Assembly: GCA_965217585.1 (NCBI GenBank)
Contig: OZ244561.1
Location: 1,856,001-1,920,000 of the forward strand
Source: Candidatus Latescibacterota bacterium
GTDB taxonomy: Bacteria > Latescibacterota > UBA2968 > UBA8231
Direction of reading: 5' to 3'
DNA: 64,000 nt
Of the stretch, positions 8,785 to 17,652 are shown piece by piece. Below the pieces are notes generated by a model. It was not told where the DNA came from and searched no databases. It worked only from the letters and a program-made list of their open reading frames with translations. Each line of letters opens with the position of its first letter. Position 1 is the first letter of the stretch. Made by a program: the position numbers and the translations under genes.

Positions 8785-10707
8785 TCACGGCTCCCACACT
8801 TCGACGAGCACATTGGCCGCTAGGGGGCCGGGCAGTGTCTGTACCTGCCCCGATGGCCAGCGGACCTCGATCTGTTCGATGGTCGCCGCATTGTCGAGAC
8901 CAAAGTAAAGGGGATAGAGACTTTGGGTAAGATAGCCCGATTTGCCGTCGTGGACTTTGGTGTAGGTCTGTGCACCTGCTTTGACGATGACCACCGCACC
9001 CAGCCCGCCGCGGTTTGATTGGGTGCCGATCAAGCGCACTTTGAGAAAGTGAATGTCTTTTCTGGTGGACAGGTCGCTGATCAGCACCATCGGCTCCGAG
9101 TTGAAGTCGTTGGTGACTATGTCCAGGTCGCCGTCGTTGTCCAGATCGAAGATAGCCGACGAGCGCGAACCCAGCGCTCCCCAGACGACAAAGCACCCTT
9201 TGCGGTTCTTGCAGAGACTGTGATGCTGGTCGTCGTTGGAGCAATCGAGTTCGAACCAGGGTTGGGCAGTGCGCCCATCCCGGCGCGGTTCAACGCCCAG
9301 GATGAATTCGCTGTCCAAGAACCCAACTCCTTTATTGTTCAACAGGAGGGAGTTGATTCCGTAGCGCCAGGGAGAATTCATGCTCGCAGTGATAAAGACA
9401 TCCTCGTAGCCATCGGCGTTGAAGTCTCCCACGCTCAACCCCCAAGGCCAGTAGTTCTCGGCACCGATCTGGTCCGAAATTTCCTCGAAGCGCCCGTTGC
9501 CGGCATTGCGATAGAACGCATTGCCGAAGATACTGTTGCCTCCACTGAGAAGGAACTCTTCTTCCTGTTTGACATCGGCCTTTAGCTTTTCTCGTTCCGG
9601 GCCGATATTCTCGGTCATATCCGAGTGCATGTCGGTTACATAAAGATCCATGTGACCGTCGTTGTTGTAATCGAATACCTTGACCCCCATGGATCCCCAG
9701 GGCGTTTTGGGAAAGACCTGGCGACTCTTCTTGATGAAGTATTGTCCCCGAACATTTTCGTAGTATTGGTCGTTCCCCTGCATATTCAATACATACAGAT
9801 CGGTCCAACCGTCCTCGTTCGCATCAATCGGGGTAGCATCCCCCGTCCAACTGGTATCCTCCAGTTTTACCTCAGTGGTCATGTCGCCAAAGCGCTTGTC
9901 GCCCAGATTCCTGAATAGCAGACTGCGCTCAAAGCGCTCGGGAAAAAGGTGTCCAGAGAAGGCGTCGCTCAAGCCGACGTAATAATTGTATTCCTCTCGA
10001 TCCTGACCGGCAGCATAGTGGGAAGAGGGTATCAGTACATCGCTGGTATAGGTGCCGACGTTGGTCAGGAACAGGTCCAGCAACCCGTCTCGGTCGTAGT
10101 CGAAGAAAATGGCCCCGGAGGAATAGCCTTTATAGTCGAGCCCGGACGACTCGGAGATGTCCTTGAAGCGCTCCTCGCCGTGGTTCTCGAACAGATGATT
10201 GCCTTCCCTGATAGTGGTCACATACAGGTCTGGATCGCCATCGTTGTCGATATCCGCGAACGAAGCGGTTACGCCAATAGGTTCGGCAAGACCCACGCCC
10301 GCAGTCGCAGTCACGTCTTCAAAGGTGCCATCGCCCTTGTTTTTCCACAGTTGATTGCTGCCCACTTGGTTGACAAAGTAAATGTCGTACAGGCCGTCCC
10401 CGTTCACATCGGCGATTGCGAGCCCGTTGCCGTGATCGTAGTGAACCGGTTGCCAGTATTTCCCCGAGTCGTCTACGACCTTGTTGCGAAAGTGGATACC
10501 GCTCCGGGCAATTTGATCGGAGAAATTGAAATGGCAGAAAACCTCGAACTGGTCAATGGTTGCCAGTTGAGCCTGTCTGCGACTTTCGAGCCATGGAGGA
10601 TCGATAATCTCCGGTGGTTCAGCAAGCATCTGTGGCTCTTGCGAGGAAGCTACTTCTAAGGTGGTTGCGAAAAAGGGTATTGCCATCCATATCGGGAGGT
10701 ATTTCAC
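8785..10707 (-). CDS. CRTAC1-family protein (FG-GAP/VCBS repeats + ASPIC/UnbV)
   Basis: DVNGDGLYD, DIDNDGDPDLY, DYDRDGLLD repeats; SNRGGLGA...GYLTQS...FGL...VRWPSG C-domain; start uncertain (GTG 10707). Confidence 0.85.
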   Translation of the reverse strand: MKYLPIWMAIPFFATTLEVASSQEPQMLAEPPEIIDPPWLESRRQAQLATIDQFEVFCHFNFSDQIARSGIHFRNKVVDDSGKYWQPVHYDHGNGLAIADVNGDGLYDIYFVNQVGSNQLWKNKGDGTFEDVTATAGVGLAEPIGVTASFADIDNDGDPDLYVTTIREGNHLFENHGEERFKDISESSGLDYKGYSSGAIFFDYDRDGLLDLFLTNVGTYTSDVLIPSSHYAAGQDREEYNYYVGLSDAFSGHLFPERFERSLLFRNLGDKRFGDMTTEVKLEDTSWTGDATPIDANEDGWTDLYVLNMQGNDQYYENVRGQYFIKKSRQVFPKTPWGSMGVKVFDYNNDGHMDLYVTDMHSDMTENIGPEREKLKADVKQEEEFLLSGGNSIFGNAFYRNAGNGRFEEISDQIGAENYWPWGLSVGDFNADGYEDVFITASMNSPWRYGINSLLLNNKGVGFLDSEFILGVEPRRDGRTAQPWFELDCSNDDQHHSLCKNRKGCFVVWGALGSRSSAIFDLDNDGDLDIVTNDFNSEPMVLISDLSTRKDIHFLKVRLIGTQSNRGGLGAVVIVKAGAQTYTKVHDGKSGYLTQSLYPLYFGLDNAATIEQIEVRWPSGQVQTLPGPLAANVLVEVWEP

Positions 10708-11058
10708 AGGGGTAATTCCTTTGTTTTGGATTTTGGATTGAGTCCCAATAGAAGTAAAATATGAAAAGTCTTTCCATCTACCAATAATATCTGCAAAGTC
10801 CATTGGGTTTGCCCCGACCGATTGTTTATATTGCTTGAAAACGACAGGTTTGCTCCAAATCGGGGTATTCTGGAAATGCTTCTCATAGGGAATCCCGAAG
10901 AATATCGGCTGAAATTCGGGATTTTTCATTTGCAAGATTTCATCTATGCAACTCGTTGTCGAACAGGAACCTGCCGTTTTCAAGTATATTATCAATACTT
11001 CACTAAATCGGCGACCCATCCTCGGTTCATCCAGGGCAGTTATAGGGAGGACAACTTA

Positions 11059-13179
11059 ATGAGTACACGCCTACTGCTTTGCTATTGTGGCCTGCTCCTT
11101 ACAGCCTCTGTCGCTTCGGGCCTGAGCGAGTACCGGCTCGGCGGGAACGACGGCAATGCTTGGCAGAGCGCCCTGTCCCTTGACAGCGCGGGAGAATACC
11201 TAGTCCTCGACAATAACAACCAGCTACAGAGGACGGTCGTGGTGGGGACGACGACGCACGGTGCCGGCACGGATACGCTGATCGATTTCTCCGATACGTC
11301 TATCCGCCCTCGTTTCATTGAACAGGATGTAAACCTGTCGGTTCTTGGTTCCGGAGATTCGTCAGTGCTGCCATACATCGGCGGCAGAGTACACAGTTCG
11401 ACTAATTGCGCAAATGCCGATTCGGATATTCTCACCATCAGACGAATGTTCGACGGAGACCAGACTACAGCGATGTTCCGGCCCTTCACCCGGCATCCAG
11501 ACGCACCACCGGGCTACTGCGGCGGTTACTGCGAGGGAGTAGGGTGGGGGGTGAGGCAAGCGGCGGTGATCGATTTTCGCGCCGTCGTGCCGGTGAACCG
11601 CATCCGCTTTTACCCGCGCCTGAGCCCGAGCGAAGATGCGCTGCTAATTGAGGAACTCGCCGAGCCCCGTCCCCCGCAGGAGGCGTACGGAGTAGACAGC
11701 TTCTCCGGCAACTTCATAACCGGGTATGAGCTCCGTTCAAGTGACAATACGGTCAAATACAGAAATAGCCCCTGCGATGAAATCGGTCGGCTGACGGGTC
11801 TGCCATGGGTGAGGCGAATGGATCCCCGGTTGGATGTATTAAAAAGCGAACCTGAAAACCTAGATATCGTCGTCGATCTGCATTTTCCTACCCAGTCAAT
11901 CCGCTGGTTGACCTTCCAGGCCTTCGGCGGCAGCACATTTGAGGTCGCCGAGATGGAAGTCTATGGCGAGGGCTTTGTCGAAGAGACGGTCTTTGTCACC
12001 CAGATTCTCGACTTCGGCAAATCGGTAAACTGGGGCAAGCTCCGGTGGGCCGGCGATCAGCCTCCGGGCACGCGCGTGGAGATTCAAACGCGCAGCGGCA
12101 ATACGCCGGATCCAAACCTGTATTACGCCGAAAGTGAAAATCTGGATATCGTCCCCGTTTCCCTGGACGAATACGAGGGCATCAACATTCTCGACCGGCA
12201 GCCGGTAGCTTACGACGTGGCGAACTGGAGTATCTGGTCACCGCCCTACAACTTCGCCGCCGGACTACGCGATTCTTCGTTATCCGCAGAGGCATGGCAA
12301 GACGGCACCCCGATGGTGTCACCGGGGCCTAGCCGCTACCTGCAGGTCCTGGTTCGGTTTCATTCCACCCTTACGACGGCATCTCGGTTGGATCAGCTAA
12401 CGCTGCAATTCGGCGACTCTCCCTCAGCCCAAGAGCTATTCGGCGAGATCTGGCCCATCGAAGTTGAAACCATTGAGCCTACCACTTTTACCTACGTTGT
12501 GCGGCCTAAATTCCAAGAAGGAGACATCGGCTTCGACCGGCTGGAAGTTCTCACCCCCACTCGCGTTGCCCACATTCACTCAGTGAAACTGGGCGGAGAG
12601 GAGATCAATCCCGATCTCTATCCCATCGATGTGGAGGAGGATCGGTTTGTGGTCGCATTTCCCCATCTCGTCGGCCAGGACAACAATCTGGTGCAACTGG
12701 AAGTGGTCTTTGATGCGCCGGTGCTGCGCTATGGCACCGAGTTCCGCGGTTGGGTCTTCAACAGCGAGGAGGCGCGGCCGATCAAACAGCAGGTGAAGCC
12801 AGGCGACGCCACGTTCCGATTTTCCGGCAATATCCTGGCCGTGAGAACACCGCTGGGGGGTGCTCTTCTGGTAGATGTGGAACCGGTACCGGGCATCTTT
12901 TCGCCCAATGGCGACGGCATCAATGAAACGATGACAATTTCCTACAAACTGCGCGAAATTACGGCGGAGCGGCTCGTCTTCCTGCGTATCTACAATCTGG
13001 CCGGCGAGCTGATGTATGAGTCGCCGTCTCGGCTGGTCAAGAGCGGTGAATTCGCTCACGAGTGGGGGGGGCTGGATCGCAACGGCCATCTGGTGTCGCC
13101 GGGCATCTATATCTACGAACTCAGCATTCAGGCTGAGGCAGAAGAGACCAAAATGGGTACATTCGCGGTAGCCTACTGA
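11059..13179 (+). CDS. Secreted discoidin-like/FlgD-Ig tail protein (paralog 2)
   Basis: ATG 11059 after GGGAGG; signal peptide; FDGDQTT, IRFYP, EVAEMEVYGEGF, TRSGNTPDP, NWSIWSPPY, FSPNGDGINE, ends FAVAY*. Confidence 0.85.
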   Translation: MSTRLLLCYCGLLLTASVASGLSEYRLGGNDGNAWQSALSLDSAGEYLVLDNNNQLQRTVVVGTTTHGAGTDTLIDFSDTSIRPRFIEQDVNLSVLGSGDSSVLPYIGGRVHSSTNCANADSDILTIRRMFDGDQTTAMFRPFTRHPDAPPGYCGGYCEGVGWGVRQAAVIDFRAVVPVNRIRFYPRLSPSEDALLIEELAEPRPPQEAYGVDSFSGNFITGYELRSSDNTVKYRNSPCDEIGRLTGLPWVRRMDPRLDVLKSEPENLDIVVDLHFPTQSIRWLTFQAFGGSTFEVAEMEVYGEGFVEETVFVTQILDFGKSVNWGKLRWAGDQPPGTRVEIQTRSGNTPDPNLYYAESENLDIVPVSLDEYEGINILDRQPVAYDVANWSIWSPPYNFAAGLRDSSLSAEAWQDGTPMVSPGPSRYLQVLVRFHSTLTTASRLDQLTLQFGDSPSAQELFGEIWPIEVETIEPTTFTYVVRPKFQEGDIGFDRLEVLTPTRVAHIHSVKLGGEEINPDLYPIDVEEDRFVVAFPHLVGQDNNLVQLEVVFDAPVLRYGTEFRGWVFNSEEARPIKQQVKPGDATFRFSGNILAVRTPLGGALLVDVEPVPGIFSPNGDGINETMTISYKLREITAERLVFLRIYNLAGELMYESPSRLVKSGEFAHEWGGLDRNGHLVSPGIYIYELSIQAEAEETKMGTFAVAY

Positions 13180-13359
13180 CCGCCAGATAGCATGGGTGGA
13201 TAATGCTTCAAGCGAAATACTGCCTAAAGGCGACTCTTCCCCGTGCCGGATCAACCTGCGGGCGATACTGACGGGGATGGTGCTGTATTCGGAATGGTCC
13301 TGGGACAGTTTGTGGTGGATGATGACCGGCAATTCGATTTAGCTGACCTGGAAAATATC

Positions 13360-13388
13360 TTGACAGCTATAATTTTATTATTTAGCGT
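13360..13388 (+). promoter_or_regulatory. sigma70-type promoter
   Basis: TTGACA (13360-65), 17-bp spacer, TAGCGT in an AT-rich island upstream of 13473. Confidence 0.55.
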
Positions 13389-13472
13389 ACTATATAATAT
13401 ATACGGATTAAGAGTAGCTGGTAAATTACCGGCTGAACTCTCTCCATCGTCCTCATCCATGGGAGTTATATC

Positions 13473-14375
13473 ATGCGTAGAAGGACAGCATTGACGCTCA
13501 GCGCGATCATGGTCTTGGCGTTTGCGATATCCGTTTCAGGCCATGTACCTGTGGGCGAGACGTTTTTCGCCGCCCAGTTTCCCGACGAAGCCGTCCCCAG
13601 CATAGATGGTGACCCCAGCGATTGGGACATCGTCCCAGAGACGCCTTATCATATCAGAAATGATCGCATGCAGGGAAGCGACCCGTCTATCGGATTGAGA
13701 GATCCAGGCTCCACCGATCCCAGCGATTTAAGTATGAACAGCGTCATTGGTTGGAATGAAAGTGCCAACAAGGTTTACTTCTTGGTTGAGGTGTTTGACG
13801 ATATCCACAACGTAGATCGCGATGACGTGTCGGTGTTCTGGGAAGATGACGATGTCGAGATCAACTTGAACGGCGACCATACCGGACAGGATGAGGCCAA
13901 TGTGGAAGGCGAGCCGTGGAACAACCAATATTACGGCCTAGTAGTGCCGCCGGTAGAGGGACAGTTTTTCTATCCCCAGCCTGGCCCCGAGTGGTTTCAG
14001 GCCGGCACCGACTGGCTCCAATTCGGCTGGAGTTTCACTGGCGAACAGTTTGGCGAAAGTACCTATTACTACGAGACGGCGATGCAGGTGTACCTCAGCA
14101 TTCCCAGAGTGGAAAGTCCCTCTGAAGATGACGTTGAGATTCTCGACCTCGAAGAGGGCGAAGTCATCCACTTTAGCATCGATATTGGCGACTTCGATGA
14201 GCCGGGCCGGACCTATGACACTTTCTGGTCCGTGAGCGACGACAGAGCCTGTTGCAGCGCCAACTCCGATCTGTTCTTGGCTGAAGTCGATCCTCTGCTT
14301 GAAGAGGCGCTGGCCAATCGCCCCACAGCAGTTGAAGAAGCGAGCTGGGGCCGTATCAAAGCTGCCCACCACTAA
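13473..14375 (+). CDS. Secreted acidic DOMON/CBM9-like protein with C-terminal WGRIKA motif
   Basis: Signal peptide ending VSG-H; PSIDGDPSDW, GWNESANKVYF, WEDDDVEI CBM9-like motifs; ends TAVEEASWGRIKAAHH; paralog of 51044-51979. Confidence 0.75.
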   Translation: MRRRTALTLSAIMVLAFAISVSGHVPVGETFFAAQFPDEAVPSIDGDPSDWDIVPETPYHIRNDRMQGSDPSIGLRDPGSTDPSDLSMNSVIGWNESANKVYFLVEVFDDIHNVDRDDVSVFWEDDDVEINLNGDHTGQDEANVEGEPWNNQYYGLVVPPVEGQFFYPQPGPEWFQAGTDWLQFGWSFTGEQFGESTYYYETAMQVYLSIPRVESPSEDDVEILDLEEGEVIHFSIDIGDFDEPGRTYDTFWSVSDDRACCSANSDLFLAEVDPLLEEALANRPTAVEEASWGRIKAAHH

Positions 14376-14434
14376 GCTGCATTCTGCCAGCCTGCCGCTG
14401 TAGTCTGGCTCAGGCAGAGTGTTTGTTTTGATCT

Positions 14435-14484
14435 ACCCCCTGTTCCGACCGGCTGGACCACTGGATCGGAACAGGGGGTTTTTT
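14435..14484 (+). terminator. Intrinsic terminator
   Basis: ACCCCCTGTTCCGA...TCGGAACAGGGGGT followed by T-run. Confidence 0.75.
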
Positions 14485-14519
14485 ATAGCGTACTGCCAAT
14501 CGTCCGCAGAGGAGGTGAT

Positions 14520-17500
14520 GTGAAACACGCTATCGCCGCACGACAGTCTTGGATATGGATCGCGTTGCTGTATCTGCACACCGGCGTCGGGATCAATGTC
14601 CATCCGGCCGCCGCACAAAGCGGCAAAGGATACCAACTGATTGGCGATCACATCGTCGTCAATGCGCCGTCTGAATGGGTCAACTGGAGTTTGCCACTCC
14701 ACGCGGTCGAGGTCACGGACGAGGGCGTTGCGCCCCATCTGTTTCGCCAGCGCTACAACTTGCTCGACGATCGCGAGACCTTTGTTCGCACACTCCCGGG
14801 GATAAAGCTGAAGAGAAAAGAGCACTTTATTCTCAATGTCGACAGCACCGAGACCCTGGATGTGAGGGGCAATATTATCACCAAGAAGTCGAAGGGCAAG
14901 TCGGTGCCTGTCTGGACCTACCAGCTACGGATGGGTATCAGCCGGGTGGGGTCCAACACAAATGCGGCGGCAAATATACTGGACGGCGATCCCAACACTT
15001 ACTGGGAGCCAGACCCGGACGATCCCATCGACGATTGGTGGGTAGAGGTGGATCTGGGTCGCGTGGTACCCATCGATTCGCTGGTGGTGCAATTCGTAGA
15101 CGAAAAACTGGGGGATCCGTTCGCTAAGTTTCGCCTGCTGACCTCTCCGTGGCAGGTCCCGGTCCTTGAAAAGTCCAGAGACATTGGCTTCGAGCTTTCG
15201 GGTCTGACGACGATACCCAACAAAGATCAACGGCAGTTCGATTTCGCCCTGACGCAACAACGCGCCGATCCGGGATGGACCGGGCAGTTGGTGGAGACCA
15301 TCCGCATTGTAGTCAGCGATACGCGCGGTGGCCGCGGCAGCCTAATCAGCGAGGAAGAGTGGCTGGCGCTAGCCCCCAACGAGCGGGGTGACATCGTCTA
15401 TTTCGCCGTAGACAAGGTGGGGTTTGAAGAGCCTATAGTGGAGGAGGAGAAAAGCGAGGAGAAGGCGGTATTCGAGGCCCTGCCACCGGAACGTCAGGGC
15501 CGCAAGGAATTCTACGTCCGCGAGCGCCCCCGGCTCGCCGACATCGAGGTATGGGGATGGGGCGATAACCTGAGTACAGGCATCATCTCCGGCGGCGGCA
15601 ACCTCACTGTTACCGGCAGCAGCGCCACTAGTCCGGGAGCGGCCTTCGACGGCGACTTCAAATCCATCTTTCAGCACGCCATCCGGGAGAAGATTTCCTT
15701 CATCGAGCGCGGCATCCTCACCATCGACCTGGGCGCGACGTTCTGGCTCGACTCTATGCGGCTGGCCTCAGCTGGCACTGACCAGTCGGAGGGCTACGCA
15801 GTGCGCAGTTCCCTGGGTGACTTCGATACCAACGGTCTGCTGCGCTGGCGAAAATTGAGTCCGCTCATGCGGGAAGACAACACGTTGGAACGCTACAACA
15901 ATATCCTCGACGCCTACGATCCGCCGACAAAAATGAGGCTGTTGGAGGTCGTTCAGCTCAACCCCGTTTCCAGAGGCGGGTACTATCTTGGTCCCAACGT
16001 TTCGGAGTATATGCTGTTTTCAGAGGGCTATGCCGCCGAGGTCGTACTCACCTCGGATTTGATCGAAGTCCCTATTGGCCGCAATTTAGGTGCCATCACC
16101 TGGGAGGCAGAAACACCTCCGGGCACCCAAGTGGAGATCCGCACTCGTTCCGGCGATCAGACCCAGGAAATCATTCGCTATTTTAACGCTACAGGCAGCG
16201 AGCTGACGCTTAAACAGTGGAATAATCTGCTCGGCTCCCTAAAGGGGCCCGTCGATACTTCGCTGGTCGTGGGCACCGACTGGAGTAACTGGAGCCGCCA
16301 ATACGCGCAATCTGGAGACCGGGTGACATCGCCGTCGCGCAAGAGCCTGCTGCAAATCCAGATAAAGCTGAAGACGGAGGATCGCTTTACGGCCGCCGCC
16401 ATCAAATTCGTCGACATTGAGCTGCTCGACCCGGCGGCCGACCGGCTCGTCGCCGAGCTATGGCCTGTTGCGGTGAACGCCGCTGGACGGCTGGACACCT
16501 TCGAGGTCTTCGCGCGGCCCTTCTTTATCGAGAGCCCCGTGCCCGAACGCAGCAGCGGCTTCGACGAGATCCTGCTCAGCTTCTCGGGTGCCGAAATGGA
16601 ACTGCTCGAATTGGATCTCGGCTTTGACGACAACGGCCAGCCCCTGACCTCCTTCCGAGCCAGCGAGCCCGGCTTTGACGGCCTGGAGTTGCTGCAAAAC
16701 CAATCCGATTCCATTCACGTCCGACTACCCAACATCATCCATGCGCTAACTGGCGGCGAGGGCCAGCGGCTCTATCACCGCATCACTGTCGAAGGGGACC
16801 AGGTTCCAACCGCCAGAAACGGCGAGCTGCTGACCAGCGCCACGTGGGGCCTGCTACTGCCCGAAGAGCGGGGCGACCGGCGTTTCTTCCGCAAGTTCGT
16901 CAACGCTAATGGACAGGTCGAGCTAACAGCTATCTCCGAGGACACGTACGACGAGCTGGAGGAGGAACAACGCCTAGGACGCTACTTCCGCATTCTCGTC
17001 GACGGAGGGGGCCAGTTCCCCTTCGCCGCCGGCGGTGACACGCTTGGCCGCAGCGCCCATTCGGCGCTCTCCTTCAGTGCCCGCGGACGTGTTGTCGGCG
17101 AAGGTCCACTCATGCGGCTGCGCTTTGCCTCCCCGGTTTTCGTCAACGGTACCACCCTGGACATGGCGGTGCGCAACACCAACGGCGGTGCTGATCTGGA
17201 GGTCGCTTGGCAGGGCGTCGAGTCGGGTGATGCCACACCTTTGATCGCCAGCGAATCGCTGTCCATTCAGATGCCTCTCGACGCCAGACCGTTGGATGAT
17301 TTCAGCATCACTCCCAATCCCTTTACGCCCAACGGCGATGATATCAACGACCAAGCGAACATCGAGGTTCTCGTTGTCAAACTCAGCGCCGCCCGCGAGG
17401 CCACGGTGCGCATCTTCGACCTAGGTGGCCGACGCGTCTGGGAACAGCAGCAGATGGTAAGCAGCGGCCTCGCCAGCATCGCCTGGAACGGCACCGACAA

Positions 17501-17609
17501 CGGGGGCAACCTCGTGGCACCGGGCATTTACATCTGCCAGTTCAAGCTTGCCGTCGATAACGACAATGCAAATACGGTGCTGTCCAGACTCGTTCACGTT
17601 GCATACTAG
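14520..17609 (+). CDS. Secreted double-discoidin/FlgD-Ig tail protein (paralog 3)
   Basis: Signal AAA-Q; LDGDPNTYW, WWVEVDLGR, DLGATFWLD, TRSGD, DWSNWS, FTPNGDDIND, ends VHVAY*. Confidence 0.85.
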   Translation: MKHAIAARQSWIWIALLYLHTGVGINVHPAAAQSGKGYQLIGDHIVVNAPSEWVNWSLPLHAVEVTDEGVAPHLFRQRYNLLDDRETFVRTLPGIKLKRKEHFILNVDSTETLDVRGNIITKKSKGKSVPVWTYQLRMGISRVGSNTNAAANILDGDPNTYWEPDPDDPIDDWWVEVDLGRVVPIDSLVVQFVDEKLGDPFAKFRLLTSPWQVPVLEKSRDIGFELSGLTTIPNKDQRQFDFALTQQRADPGWTGQLVETIRIVVSDTRGGRGSLISEEEWLALAPNERGDIVYFAVDKVGFEEPIVEEEKSEEKAVFEALPPERQGRKEFYVRERPRLADIEVWGWGDNLSTGIISGGGNLTVTGSSATSPGAAFDGDFKSIFQHAIREKISFIERGILTIDLGATFWLDSMRLASAGTDQSEGYAVRSSLGDFDTNGLLRWRKLSPLMREDNTLERYNNILDAYDPPTKMRLLEVVQLNPVSRGGYYLGPNVSEYMLFSEGYAAEVVLTSDLIEVPIGRNLGAITWEAETPPGTQVEIRTRSGDQTQEIIRYFNATGSELTLKQWNNLLGSLKGPVDTSLVVGTDWSNWSRQYAQSGDRVTSPSRKSLLQIQIKLKTEDRFTAAAIKFVDIELLDPAADRLVAELWPVAVNAAGRLDTFEVFARPFFIESPVPERSSGFDEILLSFSGAEMELLELDLGFDDNGQPLTSFRASEPGFDGLELLQNQSDSIHVRLPNIIHALTGGEGQRLYHRITVEGDQVPTARNGELLTSATWGLLLPEERGDRRFFRKFVNANGQVELTAISEDTYDELEEEQRLGRYFRILVDGGGQFPFAAGGDTLGRSAHSALSFSARGRVVGEGPLMRLRFASPVFVNGTTLDMAVRNTNGGADLEVAWQGVESGDATPLIASESLSIQMPLDARPLDDFSITPNPFTPNGDDINDQANIEVLVVKLSAAREATVRIFDLGGRRVWEQQQMVSSGLASIAWNGTDNGGNLVAPGIYICQFKLAVDNDNANTVLSRLVHVAY

Positions 17610-17652
17610 CGCTGAGAAGCCTTCTTACAATTTCCGGCGGCTGTCGCGCGGC

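Noticed and set aside
10708-11058. Long N-terminal extensions of ORFs 8785-11019 and 10822-13179
   Set aside because: They overlap divergently across AT-rich DNA; signal peptides and RBS support later starts
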